Shown here: in pieces, positions 25,546 to 37,099 of the stretch | Layout: each line of letters opens with the position of its first letter | How positions within the stretch are numbered: position 1 is the stretch's first letter | From: Malacoraja senta | Lineage: Eukaryota | NCBI GenBank assembly: GCA_038087875.1 | Contig: CM075977.1 | Coordinates: 351,540,001 to 351,604,000 of the forward strand | Reading direction: 5' to 3' | DNA: 64,000 nt | Made by a program: the position numbers and the translations under genes | The notes under the pieces: generated by a model | Databases searched by the model: none | The model's input: the letters and a program-made list of their open reading frames with translations, nothing else | Told to the model about the DNA's origin: nothing

Positions 25546-26522
25546 ACACACGAGTCATAGAGTGATAGACTTCTACCAAATGGAAACAGGTCCTTCCATT
25601 CAACTCATCCATTCCAAATAAGGTGCCTTCCTGAGCTTGTTCCATTTGCCTGCATTTGGTCCATTTCCCTTTCAATCTTTACCATCCTCAACCCTGTCCA
25701 AATATCTTTCAAATACTATAATTGTACCCACATCTACCTTTTCCTCTGGCAGCTCATTCTATATACACACCACTCTCTGAAAAGATTGCCCCTCACTTAC
25801 CCATTAAATCTATCCTTTCTCACCTTAAATCTATGTCCTCGAATTTTAGATTCTTCTAACTTGGGAAAAAGACTGTGACCATCCACCTTATGATTTTGTA
25901 CAACTCTATGAGGTTGCCCCTCAGGCCCCTTCACTCTAGTGCAACCAGTCCCAGCTTATCCAATCTCATTTTATAACACAGACACTCCATTCCCATCAAC
26001 ATTTCTGCACCTTCTCTAACTTACTCACATCTTTGCTTAAGTATGGTGGCCAGAACAGCACACAATATTTCAGGTGCAGTAACATGAAGTTCCAAATTTT
26101 GTGCTCAGTGTCCTGTCTGGTGAAGGCAAGTGTGCCACATGATTTCTTCACCCACTTGTCTTCCCATATTGGCACTTCTAGGGAACTAAGCACTTGTATC
26201 ATCACCTTCACAAAATCAAGTCGTCAAGAGAGGTTATTGTCATGTGACCCAGATAGGACAATGAAATTCTTGCTTGCTACAGCACAACAAAATATTGTAG
26301 GCATTGTAAGATTAAACGAGCTTACCAGTTTGAAGTTTGATCTTTATTTTTTGAGTAGTTACGATGAGGGATTACGTGAATAAGCCCGCCAGCCCGCATG
26401 CGCGTCAACCTTCAAAGCAGCGGTGTGAAATCACAGAAATCAGTTGCTGAACTGATTATAAGAAGATTCGAGAACTAGAACTACCACATGATTTTTATGA
26501 GAAGAGGGTTGGGAGTGGAGGG

Positions 26523-26635
26523 CACGTAATCCCTCATCGCAACTTCTCATTAAAAAAAGATCAAACTTCAAACTGGTAAATTCTCGTTTAATCTTACTAT
26601 TTAACTTCGAAGTCACGTGAGTGACTACGTGAAGA
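26523..26635. repeat. DIRS internal complementary region (ICR); ITR cores at 26372-26408 and 31148-31183
   Basis: 26523-26597 is the reverse complement of the left terminus 26306-26378. 26598-26635 is the reverse complement of the right terminus 31173-31210 (one mismatch). Confidence 0.92.
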
Positions 26636-26783
26636 TTTTAAAGCTCTGTGATGTCATGCTGCGAACACGAGTCCATGCAACACACTGCATTAGTTGACCA
26701 GAAATGATTGAAAAGATAATGCATTCAGACATGACATAGATTTAAAACATGCTAATGCTATTAATAAGCAAATAATAAGCAAA

Positions 26784-27760
26784 TTATTGAATAAAACTTA
26801 AAATTGAGTTGGCAAACGAACCCGGCCTGGCAATCGGTTTATTATAAAAGGTTTGGAAAGTCCGCTCATTCGACCATCCTGCTGTCGCTAGGATGCGGTC
26901 CAGCAGAAACTCCATGAACCTTGCTGCTGATGTTATCGCAGCCTTGGTGGAGTGAGATTTAAAAACATCAGTGTTCACACCTGCACAAGCCAATACATAT
27001 CTAAACCATCTGGAGATGGTCTGCACCGAAACATTCTTGTGTGTTTTTTTGTGGCTAACGAACATTGCCAGCTCAGTGCCTCTAAGGTTCTTAGTAGCCT
27101 TAAAATATTGATGAATATGTGTGACAACACACAATCTATGGTCCATAGGTTATGCCAGAAATACCAGCTTTAGACCCAACGCCCCCAGTCTGCTTAGTTT
27201 AATTTACTCATTTACATAGAATGTTATTTTGTTGGTAGATATACCCATTCTGTTCAGCCGTAGCTTATGCAATGACTGGACGCTTTGCGCTGAAACCAGC
27301 GCCATGAGCGTAACTACTTTATATGAGAGCCGGGCCAAAGATAAGGACGTAGCTGGAGCCCACCGGCGAAGTAGTGTTAACACAATGTTAACATCCCATA
27401 CTTCCGTGTACCTGGGCCTGGGAGGATTTGTGTTAAAGATATCCTTCATAAATCTGGATATCAGAGGGTGAGACCCAACAGAGTGGGTCCCAATCCCAGC
27501 AGCAAATATGATGACAAGGCACTTTTGGCACAGTTAATGGCACTATAACTTAATTTTTTGTCAAAGAACATTTGAAAGGAACTCCAAGACGTCAGTTATC
27601 CGTGCCGTATTATATATTATATTAGCATTTAAACAAAACACTTCCCATCTCCTGATGAGGAAATGTACTGCTTTTTGGTGCTATCCCTCCAAGCTGCAGT
27701 GATCACGTCCACGGTTCGGTCTGACAACCCGAGCCCCAGGAACGGTCTTCTTAGAGTCTG
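26784..27760 (-). pseudogene. DIRS tyrosine recombinase (frameshifted)
   Basis: PPRPRYTEVWDVNIVL, LMALVSAQSV, SVQTISRW, FKSHSTKAA, TAGWSNERTFQTFYNKPI; the HxxR arginine appears as K. Confidence 0.88.
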
Positions 27761-27764
27761 CAAA

Positions 27765-28110
27765 TCAATAAATTGATTCTATCATGCAGAGGATGGCTAC
27801 CTGAGTCATGGGATGAACCAGCAATTTTTTGTGTTTAGAAATAACCATATACGGTTCTATTATCATTCCCAACATCAGCGTGAACCATGGCTGTGTAGGC
27901 CAGTCAGGCACTATGAAAATGCCTGAATCGGAATCTTGCTGGATTTTTTGCAAGACCCGACTGATGAAGCAAAATGGAGGAAAGGCATAAAAGAACATTC
28001 CTCCCCAGTGTAGTGAGAATGCATCTATCGCCACTGCCCCAGGGTCTGGCTCCCATGCCACATATTTTTGCAACTAGTGATTGAGCCTAGATGCAAACAA
28101 ATCATTATTC
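27765..28110 (-). pseudogene. DIRS DNA N6-adenine methyltransferase-like domain
   Basis: DLFASRLNH*LQKYVAWEPDPGAVAIDAFSLHW..YAFPPF..IVPDWPTQPWF, the domain known to follow RNase H in DIRS1 elements. Confidence 0.82.
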
Positions 28111-28182
28111 GGTGTTCCATACTGAGCAACAATGTCGTTAAATACTTTGTGATCCAACATCCATTCTGTGTTGTCATTAAAT

Positions 28183-29730
28183 TTACGTGACGATACACCA
28201 GCGCCAAATGAGGTTAGCTAAACTATTACAGGATACTGACTTGATTCCACCCATGTGATTAATATATGCCACCGCCGTAGTGTTATCACCTTGTAGTTGA
28301 ACATGCAGATTATGCATATTCCCACAATAAGCCTTTGACCCATAGAATTCCCCCAGCATCTCCAGGTAGTTGATACCATATAACTGAAGAATTGGTAACT
28401 CATGCACATCCCATCTGCCACCGCAACTAGAGATGGTATTAGTAGTTCCCCATCCTTGAGCACTTGCATCAGTTTGTAATATAACTGAAGGTTTACTGAC
28501 CAAAAATGTAACTGGAGCAATGCTGAATATTGGTCGTCCACCATTGTAATTCTGATAGCTTCAGCTGGTAATAGCATAGGTCTGTTAAAATGACCTAAAT
28601 GGTACTTGAGAGCTTGCTCCTTTGCACGTTGTAAATTCTGATAATGCAAAGGCCCAAATTGCGCATCTGGAAAAACAGCCACTATTTTGCCAATTACACT
28701 AGCCACCCGGCGAATAGAAGGCTGCTTCATAACAACAAGGTTGTTACAGGCTTCTATTAATTCTAATCTCTTGCCCCAGGGCAGAGTCATAGATATTAAT
28801 AGAGTTAAAGGTAAATCCCAAATAATCAATAACTCTAGTTGGTATCAACTTAGATTTAACTGGATGGATGAGAAACCCCAATTTCTCAAATATGAGTTTT
28901 GTGGCTGAAACAGCTAATTTAGCCAAATACAGCGTTTTAGAATATCATCCAGTTAGGCCATAACAATGTGTTTTTGAGCTCTGAGCAGCCCAAGCACCAG
29001 CTTTAGTAATTTGGTAAATAACCTGGGAGCTGATGTTAGCCCATTAGGCAAAGCTTTAAACTGCCATAGTTACCCCATCCAGCTAAATTTCAAATATCTC
29101 CGGTGATCCCTGTGAATGAGAACTGAACAGTATGCATCTTTGAGATCGATGCATGCCATAAAGCATCCTTTGGGAATCAGTTGTTAGGCAGTAACAAAGT
29201 TTTCCATTTTTAAATGTCTATACTGCACATGTGAGTTAAGTTGAGTTAAATCAAGGATGATCGGACATCCTCCATCTTTATTTTCTGGAGGCGCAGGGGT
29301 GTTGTCGCCGAAACAGTGAAGCTTTCCTCATCGTGGGTGCTTTAATTAACCCAACAGCTTTTGCTTCCTCATCCAGATTTTTTATTTGTTTGGATAGGTC
29401 TTCCCCGAACAGAAGATTAGGCTGCTGGACATTGACTTGACTTCTTGATTACCCCTTTAGTGTGTAATTTATGAATTTCTGCTTGTATATCCAAACCTTC
29501 TTGTTTTGAATGAATAAATGCCTGACTTGGTGTATGTTGTATGGGTGGCAATGAGTTAAGAGGAAATTCAATTTGGAACCCTTGTATACAGTGCAGTATA
29601 AACGGATCTGATGTTATCCACCGCCATTTGTGCAAAAACAAGTGCAATCTACCACCAACTTGTAACTGATCCACACACCCCATGTTCCGGAAAGAACCAG
29701 ACCCACCTACCTCCATGGTTACCGGTGGTC
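28183..29730 (-). pseudogene. DIRS reverse transcriptase / RNase H (disrupted)
   Basis: VGGRLHLF, KDGGCPIILDL, MASIDLKDAY, FKALPNGLTSAPRLFTK, MA*LDDIL (the Y of YLDD is a stop at 28953-28955). RNase H: TDASAQGWG, INYLE, DNTTAVAYINHMGG. Confidence 0.9.
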
Positions 29731-29763
29731 TTATGGTAGGCCCAAAGGCCCCTGATATGGGTT

Positions 29764-30996
29764 CTATTTCCGTGCTCGAGGTTTGGAGGGTAGGACTGCT
29801 CGGGTGCGCGGATTGCGCATTTTCCATGAAGGCCGGCTTGGTTCTTGGCCTAAAAAATACCTCTGCCCAGAGAAATCAGCTTTCGAGCTACCACCAGCTT
29901 CAGCGAACCGCTTACTGCTGAGGGAGGCGTAGGGGGGTTGTTGCCGAAACGGTGAAGCCTTGCTCGTCGTTGGTGCCTTGATTAGCCCGACAGCGTTTGC
30001 TTCCTCATCCAGGTCTTTAACCTGTTTGGGTAGAACTTCCCCGAACAGAAGATTCGGTGGCTGGACATTGCTGGCCTTACATAAGCCTGCAAATGTGGGA
30101 TTTAAGGCAGGTCTGATGGCGTTCTTCCGAAAGCAGTTCATTTCGAAGTGTGCATTGCACATCAACGCCAGGGCATCCTGCTGGACGTCCGATAAGGGCC
30201 CCCCATCCACAGATCAGGCAAATGCCGTGACGCCTGAAGCCAGCAATTTTAAAATTCTTTGGAGTTTCATTTCTTAGGCTTTGATGCCCCCTCCAATGTA
30301 CCCCCAGATAGAGCTGTTCACTGCCGGCACTTTCAGGGATACACAATTTACAGGTGTATGGTATTTTGCAGCCGTTTCAACCATCACCTCTTCCTGTAAT
30401 TGATGTGACGTGAGGTTGTTTATGCTGGAAGCCAACTCTTCTTGCAGCGGCTCCCCTGTTTGCGAGGGTATCGCAAACCTTGATGCCATGGCAGGCAATT
30501 CTTGAACCTTACGCATGTCATGCATTCCAGTATGTTCCACGGACATACCTCCGAATTTGGAGTCATTCATATACTGACCCCGTACACTCCCCTCCTCAGA
30601 GTGGGAGATATTAAGCAGCCCTGGACCAGGTGCTGCCGCAGGCTCGCAAGGAGACCTGCGCTGATATGTCCCCGTTTCACGGAGCATATCATGATGGAGC
30701 ATCCTTTCCATAAGGTGCTCCATCCGGGATAAACGCCCGAAGACGCTTTCCATGTTTGTAGGAGGAGAATCCTCCTGGCCTGACTCGTCTGAGTACACAG
30801 GCCTATCAGATTTATTTTTGGCCTTGCCCCCTTTCGGGGTTGCCAAAGTGCTTTGGGCAAGTACCAAGTCTGAAGTCGCTGACCGCACTGTCAGCGACTC
30901 GGACGGCGAAACCGACGGCCGCCAGCAACCCGCACTCCCGCGGTCCTCCGTAGCCGGTTTCCCCGCGGCCCGTCTGGATTTCGCCCTGGATTCCAT
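29764..30996 (-). pseudogene. DIRS ORF1 (gag-like), frameshifted near 30270
   Basis: ORFs 30274-31047 and 29764-30210 upstream of RT: KYHTPVNCVSLKVPAVN, DALALMCNAHFEMNCFRKNAIRPALN, LLFGE. Confidence 0.8.
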
Positions 30997-33654
30997 TATC
31001 CGTAGCAATTGGAAAATCTGTAAAGAGAAATTTTCCACCAAAAACACGACCTCATAATAAGTTTGAAACTTACCTGCAGGGTTTTAAACTTACCGCTGGA
31101 GGAGTGACACTCCTCCCAGCCAGTCGTGTGCCATGCGTTAGACGTATTGACGCGCATGCAGGATGGCGGGCTTCTTCACGTAGTCACTCACGTGACTTCG
31201 AAGTAAAATACAGATCAGATCAGTGTGTCCATATACAATAGAATATATATATATATATACACACATAAATAGACAGATAGAGTGCAATAGGCAGTTATAG
31301 TTTAGAGTTTGTTTGAAGTTGTGTTTAATAGCCTGATGGCTGTGGGGAAGTAGCTGTTCCTGAACCTGGGTGTTGCAGATATCAGGCTCCTGTACCTTCT
31401 ACCTGATGGCAGCGGAGAGGTGAGTGTGTGGCCAGGATGGTGTGGGTCCTTGATGATGTCGACAGCCTTTGTGAGGCAGCGACTGCGATAGATCCCCTCA
31501 TTGGTAGGGAGGTCAGAGCCGATGATGGACTGGGCAGTGTTTACAACTTTTTGCAGCCTTTTCCGCTCCTAGACGCTCAGGTTCCCGTACCAAGCCACGA
31601 TGCAACCAGTCAGCATGCTCCCCACTGTACACCTGTAGAAGTTCGAGAGAGCTCTCCTTGACATACCGACTCTCTGTAATCTTCTCAGGAAAAAGAGGCG
31701 CTGATGTGCTCTCTTTATGATTGGGACCAGGAGAGATCTTCGGAAATATGCACGCCAGGAATTTGAAGTTCTGGACCCTCTCCACCATCGACCCGTTGAT
31801 ATAAACGGGACTGTGGGTCCCCATCCTACCCCTTCCGAAGTCCATAATCAGTTCCTTGGTTTTGCTGGTGTTGAGAGCCAGGTTATTGTGCTGGCACCAT
31901 TTGGTCAATCGATCGATCTCACTTCTATACTCTGACTCGTCCCCATCAGTGATATGTCGCACAACAGTGGTGTCGTCAGCGAACTTGATGATGGAGTTCG
32001 CACTATGTCTGGCTATGCAGTCATGAGTATAGAGTGAGTACAGCAGGGGGCTGAGCACGCAGCCTTGAGGTGCTCCCGTGCTGATTGTTATCGAGGATGA
32101 CACATTTCCACCAATACGGACAGACTGTGGTCTGTGGATGAGGAAGTCGAGGATCCAATTGCAGAGGGATGTGCAGAGACCCAGATCTGAGAGCTTGGTA
32201 ACCAGCTTGGAGGGGATGATGGTATTAAATGCCGAGCTGTAGTCAATGAATAACAGCCTGACATATGAGTTTTTGTTGTCCAAGTGGTCCAGAGCGGAGT
32301 GGAGGGCCAGCGAGATCACATCCACCGTTGATCTGTTGTGGCGGTAAGCGAACTGCAGTGGGTCCAGGTTTTTGTCGAGGTAGGAGTTGATTTGCGCCAT
32401 GATCAGCCTCTCAAAGTACTTCATCACCACAGATGTTAGTGCCACAGACCTCAGAAGTGAGAGGTTGAAAATGTCCGTAAAAACTCCAGCCAGTTGGTCC
32501 GCACAGGTTTTTAGAACACGCCAGGGTATACCATCAGGTCCAGGCGCTTTCCGAGGGTTCACCCCTCTGAAGGATCTTCTGACGTCGGCCTCTGTGACCA
32601 TGATCAAAATACCATCACGGCGAATGTGGGCTCAGGAGGGCACATCAGTGTTCTCCCTATCAAAGCGTGCGTAAAACGCATTGAGCTCATCAGGGAGTGA
32701 TGCTTCGCTGACATTTGAGCTGCCTCCTGATTTTGCCTAGGAGGAGGTGATTGCATTCAAGCCCTGCCACAGTTGCCAAACATCCGTCTCATCCTCCAGT
32801 TTGGAGCAGAAGTGCCTTTTGGCCTTTTTGATGGCCTTACCAAGGTCGTATCTGGACTTCTTGTAGACCTCTGCATCGCCAGACCTGAATGCCCGGGATC
32901 TGGCTTCAGAAGAATGCGGATCTCATGGTTCATCCAAGGCTTCTGGTTAGGAAACACTCGGAAGGATTTTGTTGGGATGCAGTCCTCCACACATTTCTTT
33001 ATGAAGTCTGTAGCGACTGTGACGTATTCATTCAGGTCCGTTGCCAAGTCCCTGAACATTGCCCAGTCTGCAGACTCCATACAGTCTTGGAGTTGTTCCT
33101 CTCTCCCCCCACCCCCCTCCCCCAACCAGCTCTGTACTGTCCTCACCTATGGGGATGCGCTCTTCAATTGCTGCCTGCAGGCAGGAAGAAGCAATCAGTA
33201 TGGTCGGATTTTCCGAAGTGAGGGCGAGGGATAGCGCGATAGGCATCTTTGATGGTCGTGTAGCAGTGGTCGAGGGCACAGAGAATGCATCACTTCACAC
33301 TTGTCTGCATTAAATTCCAGCTGCAATTCCTTTGCCCATTGATTCAGGCGATCTCGCAGTCCATTCGTAACCTTAGACAACCTTCACTGTCCACTAGACC
33401 TATGTGGTATCATCCACAAATGTACTAATCGTGTCACCCACATTTTCATCCAACTTGTTAACGTATGACAAACTTCAGAGGACCCAGCACTAATCACTGT
33501 GGCATACCATAGTTCACAGGCCTCCAATCTGAAAAAGAACCATTCACTAACACGTCCTTCCACCAAGCCAATTTTATATCCATTCATCTAACTCACTATG
33601 GATCCCACATCTTCTCACGTTCCAGAGCAGTTTACCATGCAGGACCTTGTCACT

Positions 33655-34890
33655 GGTTTAGTTTAGTTTAGAGATACAGCACGGAAACATGGCCTTCGGC
33701 TCATCGAGTCCGGCTGACCAACGATCCCCGCCCACTAACACTATCCTCAAGTTAAAGTCAAAGTATCCTTTATTGCCATTTCGGTCTGAACGAAATTTCG
33801 TGCCTTGCAGTCATACATATAATAAAAATAACAAAAACACACAATAAACACAAATTTAACATCCGCCATAGTGAGTTTATCATGCACCTCCTCACTGTGA
33901 TGAAAGGCAAAATTAAAGTCTTTGTCTCTTCCCTCCTTGTTCTCCCTCTGCGGTGAGGCGATCCAGGCCTCCAATGTTGTGACTCTGCCGGGTGATGGTT
34001 AGTCAGTCCCACGGCTGAATCCGAGCTCCGCGAAGTAACGGGCCGGTTCAAACTCCGCGGCCCGGACCGGTCGAAGCTGCCGAAGCTGCCGCCTCCAGTC
34101 CAGCAGACGAAGCTGTTGTTGCGGGAGCTCCGGAAAAACAGGTACCAACCTGTGACCTGCGAGCTCCCGACGATCCACTGGGCCCGCGGCCGAGCCGCCG
34201 AAGTTGGGCCGCCGCCGCCGGAATGCCGCCATAGCCCCAAAGCCGCGCCGCCGCCGAAACGCCGCCACAGCTCCGAAGTCGGGTCCGCTGCCGGAACACC
34301 GCCACAGCTCCGAAGTCGGGCCGCCGCCGCCGCCGCCGGAACGCCGCCACAGCTCCGAAGTCGGGCCTCCGCCGGAACGCCACCACAGCTCCGATGTCGG
34401 GTCCGCTTCCGGAACGCCGCCATAGCCCCGAGGCCGCCAGCTCCGCCATTAGGCCTCAGCGCAGACGGAGACGGAGGACACAACAAGAAAAAGTTGCATC
34501 CCCCCAAAGGAAGAGACTAAAACCATGTTTCCCCCCCCCCCCACACATACATAACCTAATAAACTAAATTTAACTAAAACAGACAAAAGAAAACAGCAAA
34601 AAAAAAGAAAAACAGACGGACTACAGGCGAGCCGCAGCTGCCAGGCAGCGCCGCCACGTCCTACACATACTAGTGACAATTTAATCTTATACTGAGTATA
34701 CAAACCCAAGCCAATTAACCCCCAAAACTGTACGTTTTTGGTGTGTGGCAGGAAACCGAAGATCTCGGAGAAAACCCATGCGGTCACAGGGAGAAACTCA
34801 CAGACAGCACCCGTAGCCGGGATCGAACCCGGGTCTCTGTCGCTGCAAGCGCTCTAAGGCAGTAACTCTACCGCTGTGCCATGGTGCTGC
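33655..34890 (-). mobile_element. HE1-type SINE split by a 0.9-kb insertion
   Basis: The SINE 3' part (33655-33747) and 5' part (34659-34890) join at ..CTATCCT/ACAC.. Confidence 0.85.
33748..34658 (-). mobile_element. GC-rich non-autonomous retroposon with internal minisatellite and Rex-like 3' tail
   Basis: TCCT duplicated at both ends; tandem GCCACAGCTCCGAAGTCGGG units at about 34190-34450; 3' end AATAAAGGATACTTTGACTTTAACTTG on minus. Confidence 0.65.
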
Positions 34891-35244
34891 ACTAAAGCCT
34901 CAGTACACAAGGTCTACCACGCTGCCCTCATCAATCCTCCTGGTCATCTTTAAAAAAATACTCCATTAAATTCACGAGACATGTTTTCCCCTGCAGAAAA
35001 TCATGCTGACTATCCCTAATCAGTCCTTGCCTTTCCAAATGCAGATAGAGCCTATCTCTTAGAATTCATTCCAGGAACTTTCCTACCGCTGATGTTAAGC
35101 TCACCACCTGTAGTTCCTAGCTTGTCCTTGAGCCCTTCTGAAATAAAGGCACAACATTTAGGTTACAGTTTCAATGTACACGATTCATTTCCCTGCACCT
35201 TCGGGTGTATGTGACGAATAAAATTGACTTTGCCTTTGACGTTG

Positions 35245-35823
35245 ATGAGGTCACATCTGGAGTATTGTGTTAAATTTTGGTCACCCTGCTATAGGAAATA
35301 TGTTATTAAGTTGAAAAGGTTGCAGAGAAGATTTATAAGGATGTTGCCAGGCATTTAGGGCCTCAGCTTTAGGGAGGCCCTAAATGCCTGGCAACATCCT
35401 TATGGAGAGGCTGGGCAGGCTAGGACTATATTCCTTGGAATGCAGGAGAATGATGGGTGATCTTATAGAGGTGTATGTGCATCAACCCTATCTTTTCCCC
35501 TCATGATTTTATACGTGAGTCTTTTACCCAGAGTAATGGAATCAGGAACCTGAGGTCATAGGTTTAAGGTGAGAGAGGAAAAATTTAATAGGAATTTGAG
35601 AGACTATTATTTACCCAAAGGGTGGTGGGTATATGGAACGAGCTGCCCGAGGAGGTAGTTGAGGCATGTACTGTCATAACTTTTAAAAGACATACACGGA
35701 TAGGAAATGTTTAGAGGGATATAGGCCAAAGGCAGACAGGTGGAACGTATAGATGGGCATCTTGGTCGGCATGGGCAAGTTGGGGAAATGGCTGTTTCCA
35801 TGCTGCATGATACTATGACTCTA
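35245..35823 (+). mobile_element. Old CR1 3' fragment with two local inversions
   Basis: RSHLEYCVKFWSP, GHRFKVR, WNELP motifs; inversions described under findings. Confidence 0.8.
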
Positions 35824-37099
35824 TTAGCCAAGCTTCAGTCTTCTGACGCATCACTTATGCCAAAGATGAAACAAACATCTCTGGTACCTCCTCTGCAATT
35901 TCTTCCCTGGCTTCCCACAATGTTGTGAGATCCATCTGGTCAGGGCCTGCATTGATCACTGATGGCTGTTGCATTTGTCCATTGAGCTCCATTATAATCA
36001 ATGGAATTGAACATTAGAAGGTGTGTGTAACAACGAGCTGATACGTTCAACATATTTATCACATCACGTTCATCTGCATTCATCATGCAGGGGTGAATTC
36101 CTTCCTGATGAAATTTATCCGTTATTTCTTACCTTGCCTTCTTTAACTAATCTGGGGCTGCATAGGATCCCACATCACTTTTAAAAAACAACACAAATAT
36201 AGCTAGAGTTAGGACAGATAATGCAATAGGCTGTTTCTAAATAAATAAATGTCATAATCAATCATTCTATGTTGTTAAATTGACGTTTGTATGATGTTAA
36301 TCCCTTTAAGGTTCCCCTGTTCCTCAGAAGGGCATGTGCTAATTAACAAAGGAAAAGTGCTGCTCATTGTTTGTTGAGAGCTGAACATTAAACGACCATG
36401 GTCATAGGTTACTGGTGCATTCAACCCACCCATTGTCACTGAAAATACAGACAGGTGAATGTAGGGAAACAAGCACAAAGAAACCCTGATGGAAAAGGAG
36501 TGAATGACCTCAATCCGGTCATACAAAGCATCATGCGAGGATAAAACAGAAATTAATGCAAACACGCACAATATAACTTGTAATTCTGGTAAATTACAGA
36601 ACGCAAGCAAGGCAAATGTATAATGACAACAAAAGAGAAAGAGAACAGTGAAGGGAAGCAAGAACTCCAGGGGTGCAGTTCCTGAATTACTCTGATGAAA
36701 TATTAAACCAGTTAGGGACATGCAGTTTAGAAGATAATTGTCAGGCAAATGTAGGGGGATGGGAATTGTGGGGCATCAGGTTGCCATGGTATCAAAATCC
36801 TGGTGAAGAAAGAGAGGGAACTCAACACGGCAGAAGGATTTTATCTAAATTAAAGCAGAGTTAGCTTTCTTGTGAAGAAGATGCCATCTCCTTTCGATAG
36901 TCCTCATCAAGAACCAAGGGATCTCTGCCCAAAATATTGTAAAACAGGTTGCACTCCAATGGTACTCTTCCTGCTTATTAGAACAACTTTGCCTTCCAGC
37001 CTTGTTAGCAATGGTGTTTACTGGATGGATATCATTGTAGGGAGTTGCAGAAAATTGCTGAAGTGAGTTTGTTAGAAACTGATGATTGTTTGAAAATAA

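Larger units (their letters stand above)
26303..31210 (-). mobile_element. Full-length DIRS1-type tyrosine-recombinase retrotransposon (inactivated)
   Basis: gag, RT, RNase H, methyltransferase-like and YR regions in DIRS order, with ITRs and an internal complementary region. Confidence 0.93.
26213..33276 (-). mobile_element. Rex1/Babar LINE (APE end + RT), its 3' UTR split by the DIRS insertion
   Basis: ORF 31513-32607: [60 protein letters not shown]. The 3' UTR runs to 31211 and resumes at about 26302-26213 with the family tail GCAAG..GAATTTCATTGT..ATGACAATAA, also seen near 13470. Confidence 0.85.
25552..35160 (-). mobile_element. Old CR1 host split into pieces (about 25552-26210, 33277-33654, 34890-35160) by nested insertions
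   Basis: The pieces are colinear in ORF2 order on minus: NVVPLF..LIRDSQHDFLQGKTCL, then NQWAKELQLEFNADKCEVMH, then KKSCGTLAF..HLKYCVLFWPPY, then the tail. Confidence 0.75.

Noticed and set aside
24651-25560. Pro/Ser/Leu-rich ORFs
   Set aside because: Translations of the polypurine minisatellite and GC-rich block.
27765-28110. Bacterial or phage methyltransferase plus integrase as contamination or lateral transfer
   Set aside because: Both domains are standard parts of DIRS1 retrotransposons and lie within the ITR-bounded element.
33770-34520. Overlapping Ala/Arg/Pro-rich ORFs
   Set aside because: Open in several frames on both strands because of GC-rich tandem repeats; no domain.
36860-37090. 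Faint Gypsy-like RT motifs
   Set aside because: Requires several frameshifts and no LTRs were found; too weak to call.
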